A stretch of 64,000 nucleotides of DNA from Desulfobacterales bacterium (GCA_963674755.2 CAXXVS010000001.1:1120001-1184000); one strand, 5' to 3'; shown: positions 27,103 to 38,739, counted from the first letter of the stretch. A program made the numbers and translations. Notes: a model not told the origin generated them from the sequence alone.

Positions 27103-28698
27103 ATGAAGGTGCTGGTCAGCGACAACCTCGGGGAAGTCGGCATACGCATGCTGGAGGCGGAGCAGGGAATCGATGTAGATGTCAAGACGGGATTGAGCCC
27201 CGAGGCCCTGAAGGAGATCATCGGCGACTACCATGCCCTGATCATCCGCAGCGCCACCAAAGTGACCGAAGACCTGCTGGCCGCCGCGCGCCGGCTCAAG
27301 GTGGTGGGGCGGGCCGGGATCGGTCTGGACAACGTCGACATCCCGGCCGCCACCAAGCGGGGGGTGGTGGTCATGAACACCCCCGACGGCAACGTCATTA
27401 CCACGGCCGAGCATGCCATCGCCATGATGATGGCCCTGGCGCGCAACGTCCCCCAGGGAACCGCTTCCCTGCGGGCCGGACGCTGGGACAAGAAAATGCT
27501 CCAGGGGCGGGAAATTTGCGGGAAGACCCTGGGGGTTGTCGGTTTCGGCAAAATCGGCTCGATCGTGGCCGATCGCGCCCGCGGGCTGCGGTTCAAGGTG
27601 ATCGTCTACGACCCCCATGTCAATCCGGAGCGCATCGCAAAGGCCGGCTATGAAACGGTCTCCCTCGATGAGCTCTACCAGCGCTCCGATTTTATTACGG
27701 TGCATGTGCCCAAACTGAAGGATACCCTCGGCATGATCGACAAGGCGGCCTTCGATCGCATGAAGGAGGGTGTTATGCTGGTCAACTGCGCCCGGGGAGG
27801 GATCGTCAACGAGGCGGACCTCTACGATGCCATGGTGGCCGGGAGGGTGGCGGGGGCGGCCCTGGATGTCTTCGAAGTGGAACCGCCCGAGGAATCCCCC
27901 CTGCTGACCCTTGACCGCGTGATCTGCACGCCGCATCTGGGGGCCTCCACGCGCGAGGCCCAAACCAATGTCGCCGTGGCTGTGGCCAAGCAGATTGTGG
28001 ACTATTTGAAGTCCGGCACCGTGGTCAATGCCGTGAATGTGCCCTCCGTCACCGGTGAACTGCTGGAGCGATTGCGTCCCTTCCTGGAACTGGGGGATCG
28101 CATCGGCTGCCTCATGCCCCAGCTGATCAAGGGGGCCCTCAAGGAGGTGGCGGTCGAATACACCGGGAATTTTCAGGGGCTTGACATGTCGCCGGTGACC
28201 ACGGCCATTCTCAAGGGGCTTTTGACGCCGACGGTCAAGGATGACGTTAACTCCGTTAATGCACCGGTCCTGGCCAAAGAGCGCGGCATCAAGGTCAGCG
28301 AAACCGCCAGCGCCGAGTCGGACGAGTTTCTCAATCTGGTAACGGTGCGCGCCCTGACCACGGAAATGGCCTGCACCCTGGCGGGCACCATTTACGGCAA
28401 AAAGGACTCCCGCATTGTCCGGATCAACAATTTCCGGCTGGAAATGATACCACTGGGCCATATGGCGCTTATCAACAATCTCGACAAACCTGGTGCCATC
28501 GGCAGTATCGGCACCACGCTTGGCAACCATGACATCAATATCGCGCGCATGCAGGTGGGGCAGGAGGAAGAGGGGAATCACAACATCATCTTCCTGAACA
28601 CGGATACCCGGATTCCCGAGGCCGTGCTGGCGGAATTGCGGGCCCTGCCGATGGTGAAGTCCGTCACGCCTCTGGAGTTTACCGAATGCCGGGGATGA
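27103..28698 (+). CDS. serA: D-3-phosphoglycerate dehydrogenase (with ASB and ACT domains)
   Basis: Motifs GRAGIGLDNVD, GFGKIG, NCARGG and TPHLGAST; C-terminal DKPGAIG. Confidence 0.95.
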   Translation: MKVLVSDNLGEVGIRMLEAEQGIDVDVKTGLSPEALKEIIGDYHALIIRSATKVTEDLLAAARRLKVVGRAGIGLDNVDIPAATKRGVVVMNTPDGNVITTAEHAIAMMMALARNVPQGTASLRAGRWDKKMLQGREICGKTLGVVGFGKIGSIVADRARGLRFKVIVYDPHVNPERIAKAGYETVSLDELYQRSDFITVHVPKLKDTLGMIDKAAFDRMKEGVMLVNCARGGIVNEADLYDAMVAGRVAGAALDVFEVEPPEESPLLTLDRVICTPHLGASTREAQTNVAVAVAKQIVDYLKSGTVVNAVNVPSVTGELLERLRPFLELGDRIGCLMPQLIKGALKEVAVEYTGNFQGLDMSPVTTAILKGLLTPTVKDDVNSVNAPVLAKERGIKVSETASAESDEFLNLVTVRALTTEMACTLAGTIYGKKDSRIVRINNFRLEMIPLGHMALINNLDKPGAIGSIGTTLGNHDINIARMQVGQEEEGNHNIIFLNTDTRIPEAVLAELRALPMVKSVTPLEFTECRG

Positions 28699-28796
28699 GC
28701 GTGCGGCGTTATTCCGCCTGACCGGAGGCCTGGCAATGGGGACCGCGAGGCGGTACCGGAGGGCGGACAACCGAACAACAACAGGGAGAAACCAAC

Positions 28797-29168
28797 ATGA
28801 CGGAAGACCCCAAGGATTTTGTTCTCAAGGATTCGCCTCCTGAATCCGATGGTGCCAAAGCCTCCGATTCGGAGGCTGCCCGCGCCAAAAACGCCTATCA
28901 GAGGGAGGTCGAAGGCGCCCGCCTGCCTAAAATCGACTTTGCCACCTTTGTCATCTCACTGAATTCTTCCGCGTTGGTCCAACTGGGGATTCTGGACGAT
29001 CCGACGAGCGGCCAAAAAAGCAAGGACCTCTCTCTGGCCAAACAGACCATCGATATTCTGGGCATGCTGGAGGAAAAAACCAAAGGCAATCTGAGTGCCG
29101 ACGAGGGCCATATGCTCAAGAGCATCCTCTATGATCTGCGCATCCTTTATGTAAAAGAGAAAAGCTGA
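28797..29168 (+). CDS. DUF1844 domain protein
   Basis: Motifs F..FVISL..SALVQLG and AKQTIDILGMLEEKTKGNL. Confidence 0.85.
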   Translation: MTEDPKDFVLKDSPPESDGAKASDSEAARAKNAYQREVEGARLPKIDFATFVISLNSSALVQLGILDDPTSGQKSKDLSLAKQTIDILGMLEEKTKGNLSADEGHMLKSILYDLRILYVKEKS

Positions 29169-29261
29169 CCGGCGGATAGAGGCCCAAGAGAGGGGGCGCG
29201 GCCCATCGACCGTATATTCCGGATCGGCCGCGTCGGCCGTTCTTTCCCCCTGGGGAGTTGC

Positions 29262-30140
29262 ATGGCTGTGACTGAATCGACCCGGGAATTGTTGTCGCCG
29301 GCCAAGATCAACCTTTTCCTGTCGATTACCGGCCGGCGTCCGGACGGTTATCATGAGTTGACCACCCTCATGGCCGGCATCGATTTGTATGATCGCATCA
29401 CCCTGGACTATTTCGGCCGGGGTATCCGACTGCAATGCGATGCCCCCGATATCCCCCGGGATGAGACCAACCTGGCCTTCCGGGCCGCCCGTTTGTTTGA
29501 GACGACCTATCGCCGGCACCACCACCACGCCCCCTTCAGCGGGCTGGCCATCGGACTTCATAAGCGGATACCGGCCGGCGCCGGTTTGGGCGGCGGCTCC
29601 AGTAATGCCGCCACCGTTCTCAAGGCCCTCAACGCTCAGGTGCCGGACCCGTTGCCCCATGCCGCTCTGGCCGCCCTGGCATTGCAGCTCGGGGCGGATG
29701 TGCCGTTCTTCCTGATCGGCCGCCCGGCGTTGGCCACCGGCATCGGGGAACAGTTGACGCCCTGGACCGATTTGCGGCCCTATGCCCTTCTGGTGGTGTT
29801 CCCGGGATACGCCCTGGCCACCAGGGAGGTCTATGGGGCCCTGAATTTGCGATTGACAAAATGTGAAAAAAAACTTAAAGGCTTCCTTTTAAAACGAGGC
29901 ATTTTCGACGCGGCCGATCACCTCTGCAATGACTTGGAACCGGCTGCTATGCAGCGTTGCCCGGACATCGCCGTGATCAAAAATGAATTTGTTCGGTTAG
30001 GGGCGCGGGGCGCCCTCATGTCCGGGAGCGGATCTTCCGTATTTGGCGTGTTTGGTTCCGCCGTCGAGGCCCGGAACGCCAGGCAGCACATGCGGACACG
30101 TTCTGCCTGGCAGGTTTTTCAGGCCAACGTGATTGTCTAA
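29262..30140 (+). CDS. ispE: 4-diphosphocytidyl-2-C-methyl-D-erythritol kinase
   Basis: Motifs PAKINL, KRIPAGAGLGGGSSNAA, LGADVPFF and MSGSGS. Confidence 0.96.
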   Translation: MAVTESTRELLSPAKINLFLSITGRRPDGYHELTTLMAGIDLYDRITLDYFGRGIRLQCDAPDIPRDETNLAFRAARLFETTYRRHHHHAPFSGLAIGLHKRIPAGAGLGGGSSNAATVLKALNAQVPDPLPHAALAALALQLGADVPFFLIGRPALATGIGEQLTPWTDLRPYALLVVFPGYALATREVYGALNLRLTKCEKKLKGFLLKRGIFDAADHLCNDLEPAAMQRCPDIAVIKNEFVRLGARGALMSGSGSSVFGVFGSAVEARNARQHMRTRSAWQVFQANVIV

Positions 30141-30183
30141 AAAGCGCGGGAAGATTCGTTGGCGGATTTTTTTTGGGACTGTT

Positions 30184-30258
30184 TGGGGCGTCGTCAAGTG
30201 GCAAGACACAGGGTTTTGGTCCCTGCATTCGGAGGTTCGAATCCTCCCGCCCCAGCCA
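30184..30258 (+). tRNA. tRNA-Gln (TTG)
   Basis: TGGGGCG/CGCCCCA acceptor stem, anticodon TTG, GGTTCGAATCC T-arm and encoded CCA; canonical ispE-tRNAGln-prs position. Confidence 0.96.
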
Positions 30259-30296
30259 ATTTTTTCTAAACTTCTTCCGGCACCGCGGACGCATTG

Positions 30297-31235
30297 ATGA
30301 ATAAACTGGCCATATTCAGCGGTAATTCAAACCCCCGGTTGACGCAAAAAATCTGTGAATATCTCAATATGCCCTTGGGGGGGGCCAAGGTAAAAACCTT
30401 CAGCGACGGTGAAATCCAGATCGAAATCGATGAAAACGTGCGCTCCAAGGATGTTTTCATCGTCCAGTCCACCTGCCATCCCGTGAATGACAACTTGGTG
30501 GAACTGCTGCTGATGATCGATGCCTTCAAGCGGTCTTCCAGCCGGCGCATCACCGCGGTGATTCCCTATTACGGATACGCCCGTCAGGACAAGAAGGTGG
30601 CGCCGCGGGTGCCCATCAGCGCCAAGCTGGTGGCCAACATGCTGGAAGTGGCGGGAGCCAATCGTATCATCACGATGGACCTGCATGCCGGGCAAATCCA
30701 GGGCTTTTTCGATGTCCCGGTGGACAACCTTTTTGCCGCGCCGGTTATTCTCGAGTATATCCGCAACAATCTCAGCGGCAATCTGGTGGTGGTATCCCCG
30801 GATACCGGGGGCGTTGTGCGGGCCCGGGCGTTTGCGAAGCGGCTGGATGCCGATCTGGCCATTATCGACAAACGGCGCGATCAACCCAACGTGGCCAAGG
30901 CCATGGCTGTGATCGGGGATGTTCAGGACAAGATCGCCATCATTTTGGATGATATGGCGGATACGGCGGGGACACTGGTGGAAGCCTCCTCGGCCGTCAT
31001 GGCGCGGGGGGCCGCCGAAGTGCATGCCTGTTGCTCCCATGCGGTGCTCTCCGGGCCAGCCATCGAGCGGATTTGCAATTCCCACTTGAAAAGTGTGGTC
31101 GTGACGGATACCATCCCGCTCAGCAAAAACGCCCTGACGTGCGACAAAATCAAAACGCTGAGTATTGCCGAACTGGTCGGGGAGGCGATTATCCGCAGCC
31201 ACCGGGGGGATTCGGTTACATCCCTTTTTGTTTAA
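30297..31235 (+). CDS. prs: Ribose-phosphate pyrophosphokinase
   Basis: Motifs [24 protein letters not shown] and DDMADTAGT. Confidence 0.97.
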   Translation: MNKLAIFSGNSNPRLTQKICEYLNMPLGGAKVKTFSDGEIQIEIDENVRSKDVFIVQSTCHPVNDNLVELLLMIDAFKRSSSRRITAVIPYYGYARQDKKVAPRVPISAKLVANMLEVAGANRIITMDLHAGQIQGFFDVPVDNLFAAPVILEYIRNNLSGNLVVVSPDTGGVVRARAFAKRLDADLAIIDKRRDQPNVAKAMAVIGDVQDKIAIILDDMADTAGTLVEASSAVMARGAAEVHACCSHAVLSGPAIERICNSHLKSVVVTDTIPLSKNALTCDKIKTLSIAELVGEAIIRSHRGDSVTSLFV

Positions 31236-31352
31236 CGATACGGAAACTATCGCCATTAAGGCGACTTTTTAGATAGCTAACAAGCACTTTCAGGACCGCC
31301 TGGGGAAACGTGTGCCCAGCGGCCGGAAGATACGATCAGGGAGGATAGATTT

Positions 31353-31991
31353 TTGGAGTTTTTCGAACTGGCAACCAAACTGCGAACCACCAGAGGAAAC
31401 AGCCCGGCGCGGGCTTTGCGACGTGACGGCTACTTGCCGGCCGTCATTTACGGACCAGGCAAAGAGACGGTCGCCCTCAGTGTCAGTGTCTATGACATGG
31501 AGCAGGTCATCAAGAAGACCAAAACGCTTCAGGTTTTTGTCAACCTGGCGATTGAAGGCCAAGGCATCCGTACCGCCATGCTCAAAGAACTGCAGCGGCA
31601 CCCGGTCAGCGGCAACTTTATTCATGCCGATTTTTATGAAGTTGCCATGGACCGCAAGATTAACGTCATGATTCCGATCGTGACGGTGGGCCAAAGCAAG
31701 GGTGTTGAATTGGGCGGTATGCTCCAGGTTATCCGGCATGAAGTGGAAGCCTTTTGCATCCCTTCCAATATCCCGGAGGTCATCGAGATCGATATTAGCG
31801 ACCTGGACATCGGGGAATCGGTACATATCGAGGATATCGAACTGGAAGGGGATGTCGAGCTCGTTCATGACGTCAATTTCACTATTTTGACCGTTCTTAG
31901 CGCCCGCCAGGCGGAAGAAGAACCCGAAGAAGTCGAAGAGGCTGAAGGCGAAGCTGAAGAAAGTGCCGAAGAGCCTGCCGCCGAATCATAA
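31353..31991 (+). CDS. rplY: 50S ribosomal protein L25/Ctc
   Basis: Motifs ARALRR.G.LPAVIYG and HADF, acidic tail; TTG start after GGAGGA. Confidence 0.93.
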   Translation: MEFFELATKLRTTRGNSPARALRRDGYLPAVIYGPGKETVALSVSVYDMEQVIKKTKTLQVFVNLAIEGQGIRTAMLKELQRHPVSGNFIHADFYEVAMDRKINVMIPIVTVGQSKGVELGGMLQVIRHEVEAFCIPSNIPEVIEIDISDLDIGESVHIEDIELEGDVELVHDVNFTILTVLSARQAEEEPEEVEEAEGEAEESAEEPAAES

Positions 31992-32048
31992 CGGGTCCCG
32001 CCTTCGCTCGGTTGGTTCCGGATTGGGCCACAGCCGATAGCGTTTAGG

Positions 32049-32732
32049 ATGGTGAGGACGGTTGTGACATCACTTCACAGATGGCTGGCCCGCCTGCGTC
32101 AACCGCTCCGGCCCCGCATGATGATCGTGGGGCTTGGTAATCCGGGTGAGGCTTACCGGCAGACCCGGCACAACGTGGGGTTCATGGTGCTGGAGCGCAT
32201 CAGTCAGGACCATTCGATCCCGCTGAAACACCGCCGACGCGACAGTCGCTACGGATTCGGTACCATTGCGGATCACGCCGTGGTTCTCGCTGCTCCCCAA
32301 GCCTTCATGAACCGCAGCGGCCCGCCCGTCTTGCACTTGTTGTCTTATTACGGTATCTCCGCAAAGGACGTTCTGATCATTCATGACGATATTGATCTTG
32401 CTTTTGGACGCTTAAAAATAAAAGAGAAAGGAGGGCATGGAGGCCACAACGGTTTGAAATCAGTTATGGATGCCCTGGGCGGTGGGGATTTCGCCCGCCT
32501 GCGTATCGGCATCGGGCGTCCGGCTCGTGGAAGTGATGTCATCGATCATGTACTGAGTCCCTTCAGCCAGGAAGAAAGCGCAACGCTGAAACCGGTACTC
32601 GCCCGAGCCAGTGATGCTGCAGTGACCGTCCTTTGCCACGGGGCGAAAGTCGGTATGAACAGGTTTCATCGCAACACCATGAATTCACCCGAAACATCTG
32701 ATGGAGGAAAGAATGGACGCAGTATTAAATAA
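32049..32732 (+). CDS. pth: Peptidyl-tRNA hydrolase (start may be 32118)
   Basis: Motifs [28 protein letters not shown] and RLRIGI. Confidence 0.94.
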   Translation: MVRTVVTSLHRWLARLRQPLRPRMMIVGLGNPGEAYRQTRHNVGFMVLERISQDHSIPLKHRRRDSRYGFGTIADHAVVLAAPQAFMNRSGPPVLHLLSYYGISAKDVLIIHDDIDLAFGRLKIKEKGGHGGHNGLKSVMDALGGGDFARLRIGIGRPARGSDVIDHVLSPFSQEESATLKPVLARASDAAVTVLCHGAKVGMNRFHRNTMNSPETSDGGKNGRSIK

Positions 32733-34722
32733 TCTGCCGCTGACATGCACACTCGTAGGCGTAGCCGGTATTGTGTTTGCCATCCTTCTGGCCGCAGTTG
32801 TCAAAGGCGCACCGGCTGGAAACGAAAAAATGCAGGAGATCGCGGGCGCCATCCAGGAAGGCGCGATCGCCTATCTCAATCGCCAGATGAAAAGCATGGG
32901 GATTGCCGGTATTATCATTTTTGGTGTTATTTTTGCGACCATGGGTGCCAAAACCGCCATCGGTTTTCTCATGGGCGCGGTGGCTTCCTTTTTGGCCGGC
33001 TACATCGGCATGCGGGTTTCCGTTCTGGCCAATGTCCGCACGGCCGAAGCCGCCAAAAAAGGCATGTCCGCCGGTCTGTCCATGGCCTTCAAGGGCGGTT
33101 CCGTTACCGGTATGATCGTGGCCGGCCTGGCCCTGACCTCGGTTGCGGGCTACTACACCCTGACCCATGACGTTACCGCGCTGGTCGCCCTCGGTTTCGG
33201 CGGCAGCCTGATTTCGATCTTCGCCCGTTTGGGCGGCGGTATCTTCACCAAAGGCGCCGACGTGGGCGCCGACCTGGTCGGTAAGGTCGAAGCCGGTATT
33301 CCCGAAGACGATCCCCGCAACCCGGCTACCATCGCCGACAACGTGGGTGACAACGTTGGCGACTGTGCCGGTATGGCCGCCGACCTTTTCGAGACTTATG
33401 CGGTGACCGCCGTGGCCGCGATGCTCATCGGCCATTTGCTGTTCCCGAAAATTCCGATGGCTACTGAATTCCCGCTGATACTGGGTGCCATTTCGATTAT
33501 CGCTTCCATGATCGCCGTTTTCTTCGTCCGCCTGGGCAGCAGCGAATACATCATGGGTGCGCTCTATAAGGGCATGTTCGGATCGGCTATCATGGCCGGT
33601 ATCGCTTTCTACTTTGCCGCGAATAAATTCATGACGGACATTCCCAACGTTTCCGCTATGAACATTTATTACTGCACCCTGATCGGGCTGGTGCTGACGG
33701 TCGTGATCGTCATCATCACCGAGTACTACACCGGCATCTACGGTCCGGTTAAAGGCATCGCCGACGCCTCCACTACTGGCCACGGCACCAACATCATCTC
33801 CGGTCTGGCCGTATCCATGCAGGCCACCGCGGCGCCGGTTCTGAGCATCTGTCTGGCCATTTTCCTGGCCCACAACTTCGGCGGGCTCTATGGCATCGCC
33901 ATGGCCGCCATGTCCATGCTTTCCATGACCGGTATGGTCATTGCCATCGATGCCTACGGTCCTATCACCGACAACGCTGGTGGCATTGCCGAAATGGCCG
34001 GTATGGATGACAGCGTCCGCGCCGTCACCGACCCGCTGGATGCCGTCGGCAACACCACCAAGGCCGTTACCAAGGGCTATGCCATCGGTTCCGCCGGTCT
34101 GGCCGCTCTGGTGCTCTTTGCCGCCTACGTGATGGAATTCCAGATGCAGGGCGCTGAAAAAGCGATCAAATTTGACCTCTCCGACGTCAACGTCGTGATC
34201 GGTCTGTTCATCGGTGGCCTGTTGCCCTATCTGTTTGCTTCCATCGCCATGAAGGCCGTCGGCAACGCCGGTGGCGCCGTTGTCGAGGAAGTCCGCCGTC
34301 AGTTCCGCGAAATCCCGGGCATCATGGAAGGTACTGCCAAACCGGATTACGGTGCCTGCGTGGACATCGTCACCAAGTTTGCCCTGAAAGAGATGCTGGT
34401 ACCGGCGCTGCTGCCGGTTATCGCGCCGCTTATTGTCGGCTTTCTGCTGGGCAAAGTTGCCCTGGGCGGTCTGTTGATCGGTTCTATCGTGACCGGTGTG
34501 TTCGTGGCCCTGTCCATGACCACGGGTGGTGCCGCTTGGGATAACGCCAAGAAATACATCGAAGACGGCCATCTGGGCGGCAAGGGCAGCGATGCCCACA
34601 AAGCCGCCGTTACCGGTGACACCGTAGGCGACCCCTACAAGGATACCGCCGGTCCGGCCGTCAACCCGATGATCAAGATTCTGAACGTTGTCGCTCTGTT
34701 GATGGTGCCGTTCCTGTTGTAA
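32713..34722 (+). CDS. hppA: Membrane-bound ion-translocating pyrophosphatase, K+-independent type
   Basis: Motifs [35 protein letters not shown] and GNTTKA (the Lys indicates K+-independence); RBS GGAGG before ATG 32713. Confidence 0.95.
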   Translation: MDAVLNNLPLTCTLVGVAGIVFAILLAAVVKGAPAGNEKMQEIAGAIQEGAIAYLNRQMKSMGIAGIIIFGVIFATMGAKTAIGFLMGAVASFLAGYIGMRVSVLANVRTAEAAKKGMSAGLSMAFKGGSVTGMIVAGLALTSVAGYYTLTHDVTALVALGFGGSLISIFARLGGGIFTKGADVGADLVGKVEAGIPEDDPRNPATIADNVGDNVGDCAGMAADLFETYAVTAVAAMLIGHLLFPKIPMATEFPLILGAISIIASMIAVFFVRLGSSEYIMGALYKGMFGSAIMAGIAFYFAANKFMTDIPNVSAMNIYYCTLIGLVLTVVIVIITEYYTGIYGPVKGIADASTTGHGTNIISGLAVSMQATAAPVLSICLAIFLAHNFGGLYGIAMAAMSMLSMTGMVIAIDAYGPITDNAGGIAEMAGMDDSVRAVTDPLDAVGNTTKAVTKGYAIGSAGLAALVLFAAYVMEFQMQGAEKAIKFDLSDVNVVIGLFIGGLLPYLFASIAMKAVGNAGGAVVEEVRRQFREIPGIMEGTAKPDYGACVDIVTKFALKEMLVPALLPVIAPLIVGFLLGKVALGGLLIGSIVTGVFVALSMTTGGAAWDNAKKYIEDGHLGGKGSDAHKAAVTGDTVGDPYKDTAGPAVNPMIKILNVVALLMVPFLL

Positions 34723-34753
34723 ACGACTTCGTTCCTCTATCTTGAGCTGAAAT

Positions 34754-34788
34754 AAAGGATTGGCGCAGGTTTGCGCCAATCCTTTTTT
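34754..34788 (+). terminator. Rho-independent terminator
   Basis: Stem aaaggattggcgca/tgcgccaatccttt followed by a T-run. Confidence 0.85.
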
Positions 34789-34869
34789 ATTGATTGTTTG
34801 CGGCCGCTATGGTATTGTCTTGCGAAATAGATAGAAATATTAGCCATTTTCGCATGAAATGAAAGTTAT

Positions 34870-35415
34870 ATGACCGAGAAAAAAAAGACTCAGAGCCCAA
34901 GCACCAAACCAAAAAAAGGCAAATTCACGGTGGGTGACTTGGCTGTTTATCCGGCCCATGGGGTGGGGGAGATTACCGCCATCGAGACCCGTGTCGTCAA
35001 CGGGGAGGAGCACGATTTCTATATCATGAAAGTGCTCGAAAACGGCATGGTGATCATGATCCCCACCTGGAATGTCGAGTCCGTGGGCTTGCGGGATATC
35101 ATTGATGAGAAGGACATTCCCAAAGTCTATGACGTGATGAAAAATCGGGACTCGGCGGCCGGGGACAACCAGACCTGGAATCGCCGTTACCGCGAATACA
35201 TGGATAAGATCAAGACGGGCAGCCTTTTCGATGTGGCTGAAGTCTTTCGCGACCTCTTCCTGCTAAAACTCACCAAAGACCTTTCCTTCGGGGAACGCAA
35301 GCTTTACGACACGGCGCAGGTCCTGCTGGTCAAAGAGCTTTCCACCGCCAAGAAAGCCGACGAGAAGACGGTTCTCAAGGAAATCGAGTCGCTTTTCAAT
35401 AAAGGCAGCGCCTAA
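34870..35415 (+). CDS. CarD/CdnL family transcription factor
   Basis: Motifs GDLAVYPAHGVG, WNRRYR and LSFGERK. Confidence 0.92.
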   Translation: MTEKKKTQSPSTKPKKGKFTVGDLAVYPAHGVGEITAIETRVVNGEEHDFYIMKVLENGMVIMIPTWNVESVGLRDIIDEKDIPKVYDVMKNRDSAAGDNQTWNRRYREYMDKIKTGSLFDVAEVFRDLFLLKLTKDLSFGERKLYDTAQVLLVKELSTAKKADEKTVLKEIESLFNKGSA

Positions 35416-35429
35416 CGGCCCTTCGCTCC

Positions 35430-36389
35430 ATGGAAGCCTCCGCCGGCTGTTTCCGTTTCGCCGTCTCGGCCTCCGAGGCCGGAAAACGGTTGGATGTCAT
35501 TCTCGCCGGGCATTTACCGGACTGCTCCCGGTCCTACGCCGCCCAGTTGATCCAACAAGGTAACGTTCACGTCAATCAGTGTCCGTGCAAACCATCCTAC
35601 CGTGCCAGGGGAGGCGATACCATCGCCGGAGCGGTGCCGCCGCCCGAGCCGGTGGACATCGTCCCCGAGCCTATCGAGCTGAAGATTCTCTTCGAGGATG
35701 CGGCTCTCCTGGTTATCAACAAACCCCCTGGCCTCGTGGTTCACCCCGCGCCGGGCCACCCTCAGGGAACCCTGGTCAACGCGCTCCTGCACCATTGCGA
35801 CGATTTGGCCGCTTTTCGTGGTGAAATTCGTCCCGGCATCGTGCATCGTCTCGACAAGGATACCTCCGGTGCGCTGGTGGTTGCCAAAACCCCGGCGGCC
35901 CATGAGCACCTGGCGGGCCAGTTCAAGGCCCGATCGGTGCGCAAGACCTACCTGGCCATCGTCAAAGGCGTGATGAAGGTCCCCCGGGGCGAAATACATT
36001 TGCCCATCGGGCGCCATCCGACGGCCCGCAAAAAGATGTCCACCAGGGCGCCCCGGGCGCGTTCCGCCGAAACGCACTATCGGGTGCGCGAGATTCTGAG
36101 GGGGGCAACCCTGCTGGAACTCGATCTGAAAACCGGACGAACCCATCAGATTCGCGTGCATTGCGCTGCCATCCACCATCCTGTCTTGGGCGATAGGGTC
36201 TATGGCGGCCGGCAGAATGCCGAGGTTTATACCCACAGCGGTTCGGCGCCGCTTTCGCGCGAAGCGGTCAGACGCCAGATGCTGCACGCCTGGCGGCTGG
36301 GTTTTTTTCACCCCCTGGACGGACGCTGGCTTACCTGCGAAGCCGACCTGCCGGAGGATATGCAGGCGGTTCTGACCGAACTAAGGTAA
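35430..36389 (+). CDS. rluD: RluA/RluD family pseudouridine synthase with S4 domain
   Basis: Motifs NKPPGLVVHP, HRLDKDTSG, TGRTHQIRVH and LHA. Confidence 0.92.
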   Translation: MEASAGCFRFAVSASEAGKRLDVILAGHLPDCSRSYAAQLIQQGNVHVNQCPCKPSYRARGGDTIAGAVPPPEPVDIVPEPIELKILFEDAALLVINKPPGLVVHPAPGHPQGTLVNALLHHCDDLAAFRGEIRPGIVHRLDKDTSGALVVAKTPAAHEHLAGQFKARSVRKTYLAIVKGVMKVPRGEIHLPIGRHPTARKKMSTRAPRARSAETHYRVREILRGATLLELDLKTGRTHQIRVHCAAIHHPVLGDRVYGGRQNAEVYTHSGSAPLSREAVRRQMLHAWRLGFFHPLDGRWLTCEADLPEDMQAVLTELR

Positions 36390-36420
36390 TTCCTCACTTG
36401 TTTGCAGCGCAAAGGAAAGA

Positions 36421-36447
36421 GCCCCGGGAAAATTTCGATCCCGGGGC
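36421..36447. terminator. Hairpin between convergent rluD and rnfB
   Basis: 9-bp stem gccccggga/tcccggggc. Confidence 0.45.
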
Positions 36448-36507
36448 CTGATCTGGAAACGTCGCGTGTGGGGTGGCCGGGCTAAGGGGGCACGCCAAGC
36501 TGCCGGC

Positions 36508-38607
36508 TCAGGCGGCGCAGGAATCCTTATCGTAACAGATGCGGCAGCAATTAAGGCAGCGATTGGATTCCCGTGCGGCATCCTTCTGGCTGATCACAAG
36601 ATCGGCTTCCTCAAAGGTTTTGATACGTTCTTCAACGGGCATCTCGGGCATGGGGGTGCGCTTGATGGGGGTGATGCCCTCCACCGACTCGAAAAGCGAT
36701 TCCGGGATATGCTTCTTACGCAGCGATTTAGAGACGGGGGTAACTTCTTCACCACTAAGGAATAGATGAATGGCGCGGGCCGCCCGCCGTCCGCCGCCGA
36801 TGGCTTCCACCACAAGAGAGGCCCCGGTTTGGGCGTCGCCGGCGGCAAAGATATAGGGAATATTGGTTTGGAGCGTTTCCGGATCGGCTTCGATGGTGCT
36901 CCAGCGGGTGACTTCCAGGTCTTTGATCGTGTTTTCCTTTTCCAGGAAGGACACATCCGGTCCCTGGCCGATGGCCGTGATGAGCATATCGATGTCCATC
37001 AGGGTCTCCGAGCCCTCGATCGGTACGGGACGTCGCCGACCGCTGGCATCGGGCTCCCCCAGCTCCATTTTAAGATATTCCAGCTGCTTGACATGGCCGT
37101 TTTCATCGCCGATGGCTTTAACGGGCGCTGCCAGGAAATGGAACTGGACCCCTTCGTGTTCGGCGGCCTCGATTTCCACCATGTTGGCCGGCATTTCTTT
37201 GCGCGTACGGCGGTAAACGATGGAGACTTCATCGGCACCCAAGCGGACGAGGGTGCGCACGCAGTCGATGGCAGTATTGCCGCCGCCGATAACGACGCAT
37301 TTTTTCCCCACCGGAACTTCCTCCGGGTTGTCGCCCTGCTGGTGGCTGGCGAAACGGGTCAGAAAGTCGATGCCGGTGAAGCACCCCTTTAAATCCTCCC
37401 CCTCGGCCCGCAGCTTATAATCCTTCCAGGCACCGACGCCCAGGAAGATGGCATCAAAGCCCTCTTCGCGCAGGGAATCGACGGTGTAATCCTGTCCCAG
37501 GCGGACGTTGTTCTGAAATTCGACACCAAGGTTGAGGATGCCGTCGGTTTCCCATTGCAGAACTTCCTTGGGCAGGCGGTATTCGGGGATGCCGTAGCGG
37601 GTCATCCCTCCCAGTTTGGGCATCATATCAAAAATCTTGACGCTGTGTCCCAGTCGCCGCAGAAAGTAGGCACAACTCAGCCCCGCCGGTCCGCCGCCGA
37701 TGACAGCCACCTTTTGGCCGGTTTCCGGGGCGCAGGGGATGGGCAGCCGTTTGCCGGAGTTCATTTCATAGTCGGCCACAAAGCGCTTCAATTGGTTGAT
37801 GGAAACAGCTTCGTCTTCGATGCCGCGCCGGCATTTGTCTTCACAGGGATGGGGGCAGACCCGGCCGCAGGTTAGCAGAAGCGGATTGCGTTCCCGAATG
37901 GTATGAACAGCCCCCTCGTAGTCGCCCTCTTTGATCTGGCGCACATAGCGGGGTATATCGATTTCCGCCGGGCAGGTTTGCTGACAGGGCGCCAACGCAT
38001 CGTCTTCCTGATTGAAGTGCAGCAGCCGTTCCGACATGGTCCGCACCCGGATGATGTTTTTGGGGCAGGCCCTTTCGCAGGCACCGCAGCCAACACACAG
38101 GGCTTCATCGACCACCGGAAAGCCGTTGGGGCCCATATGCACGGCATTGAATTTACAGGAGGCGATACAATCGCCCTGGCCCAGGCAGCCGATGGAGCAA
38201 ATGCGCTGACCGCCGTAAAGGGCTGCCAGGGCTTGGCAGCTATTGACCCCGTTGTAGTAGAAATGATTGTCGGCGCGGTCGCCGCCGGAGCACTCGTTTT
38301 TGGATAGGAGGGGCTCGGCGCTGCCGGGATCAACCCCCATGACACCTGCCACGGCCACGGCGGATTCCATTCCGGCCACGATGCACACGCTGGGCGGCGC
38401 CTGGCCGTTGACCACCGCCACGGCCGCCGCCGAGCAGCCGGCATAGCCGCATCCGCCGCAGTTGGCGCCGGCGAGGAAATATTCGACCTCCCCGATGCGC
38501 GGATCCTCATAAACATAAAACACTTTCGAGGCAACGCTCAGGACCAAACCGCAAACGGCCCCGATGCCCATTAACGCCATGATCGAAATGTAGACCGGTT
38601 CAAGCAC
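36508..38607 (-). CDS. rnfB: RnfB domain fused to a GltD/NfnB-like FAD/NAD(P) oxidoreductase
   Basis: N-terminal TM, ANCGGCGYAGC and ferredoxin motifs; then APCQQTCP, CGRVCPHPCE, IGGGPAG, IGGGNTAID, VYRR and AAGD. Confidence 0.9.
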   Translation of the reverse strand: MLEPVYISIMALMGIGAVCGLVLSVASKVFYVYEDPRIGEVEYFLAGANCGGCGYAGCSAAAVAVVNGQAPPSVCIVAGMESAVAVAGVMGVDPGSAEPLLSKNECSGGDRADNHFYYNGVNSCQALAALYGGQRICSIGCLGQGDCIASCKFNAVHMGPNGFPVVDEALCVGCGACERACPKNIIRVRTMSERLLHFNQEDDALAPCQQTCPAEIDIPRYVRQIKEGDYEGAVHTIRERNPLLLTCGRVCPHPCEDKCRRGIEDEAVSINQLKRFVADYEMNSGKRLPIPCAPETGQKVAVIGGGPAGLSCAYFLRRLGHSVKIFDMMPKLGGMTRYGIPEYRLPKEVLQWETDGILNLGVEFQNNVRLGQDYTVDSLREEGFDAIFLGVGAWKDYKLRAEGEDLKGCFTGIDFLTRFASHQQGDNPEEVPVGKKCVVIGGGNTAIDCVRTLVRLGADEVSIVYRRTRKEMPANMVEIEAAEHEGVQFHFLAAPVKAIGDENGHVKQLEYLKMELGEPDASGRRRPVPIEGSETLMDIDMLITAIGQGPDVSFLEKENTIKDLEVTRWSTIEADPETLQTNIPYIFAAGDAQTGASLVVEAIGGGRRAARAIHLFLSGEEVTPVSKSLRKKHIPESLFESVEGITPIKRTPMPEMPVEERIKTFEEADLVISQKDAARESNRCLNCCRICYDKDSCAA

Positions 38608-38739
38608 GATGAACTCCTTGAGGTCCTATTGCAGGTCTAAACCCATGGGGAGAAGCGGTGCAACGCAACGTATAGCCCACCATAAAACTGATATGCTTTA
38701 CAAAAGCTGCCATGAACCATCTGCCGTCGGTCGGTTTTT

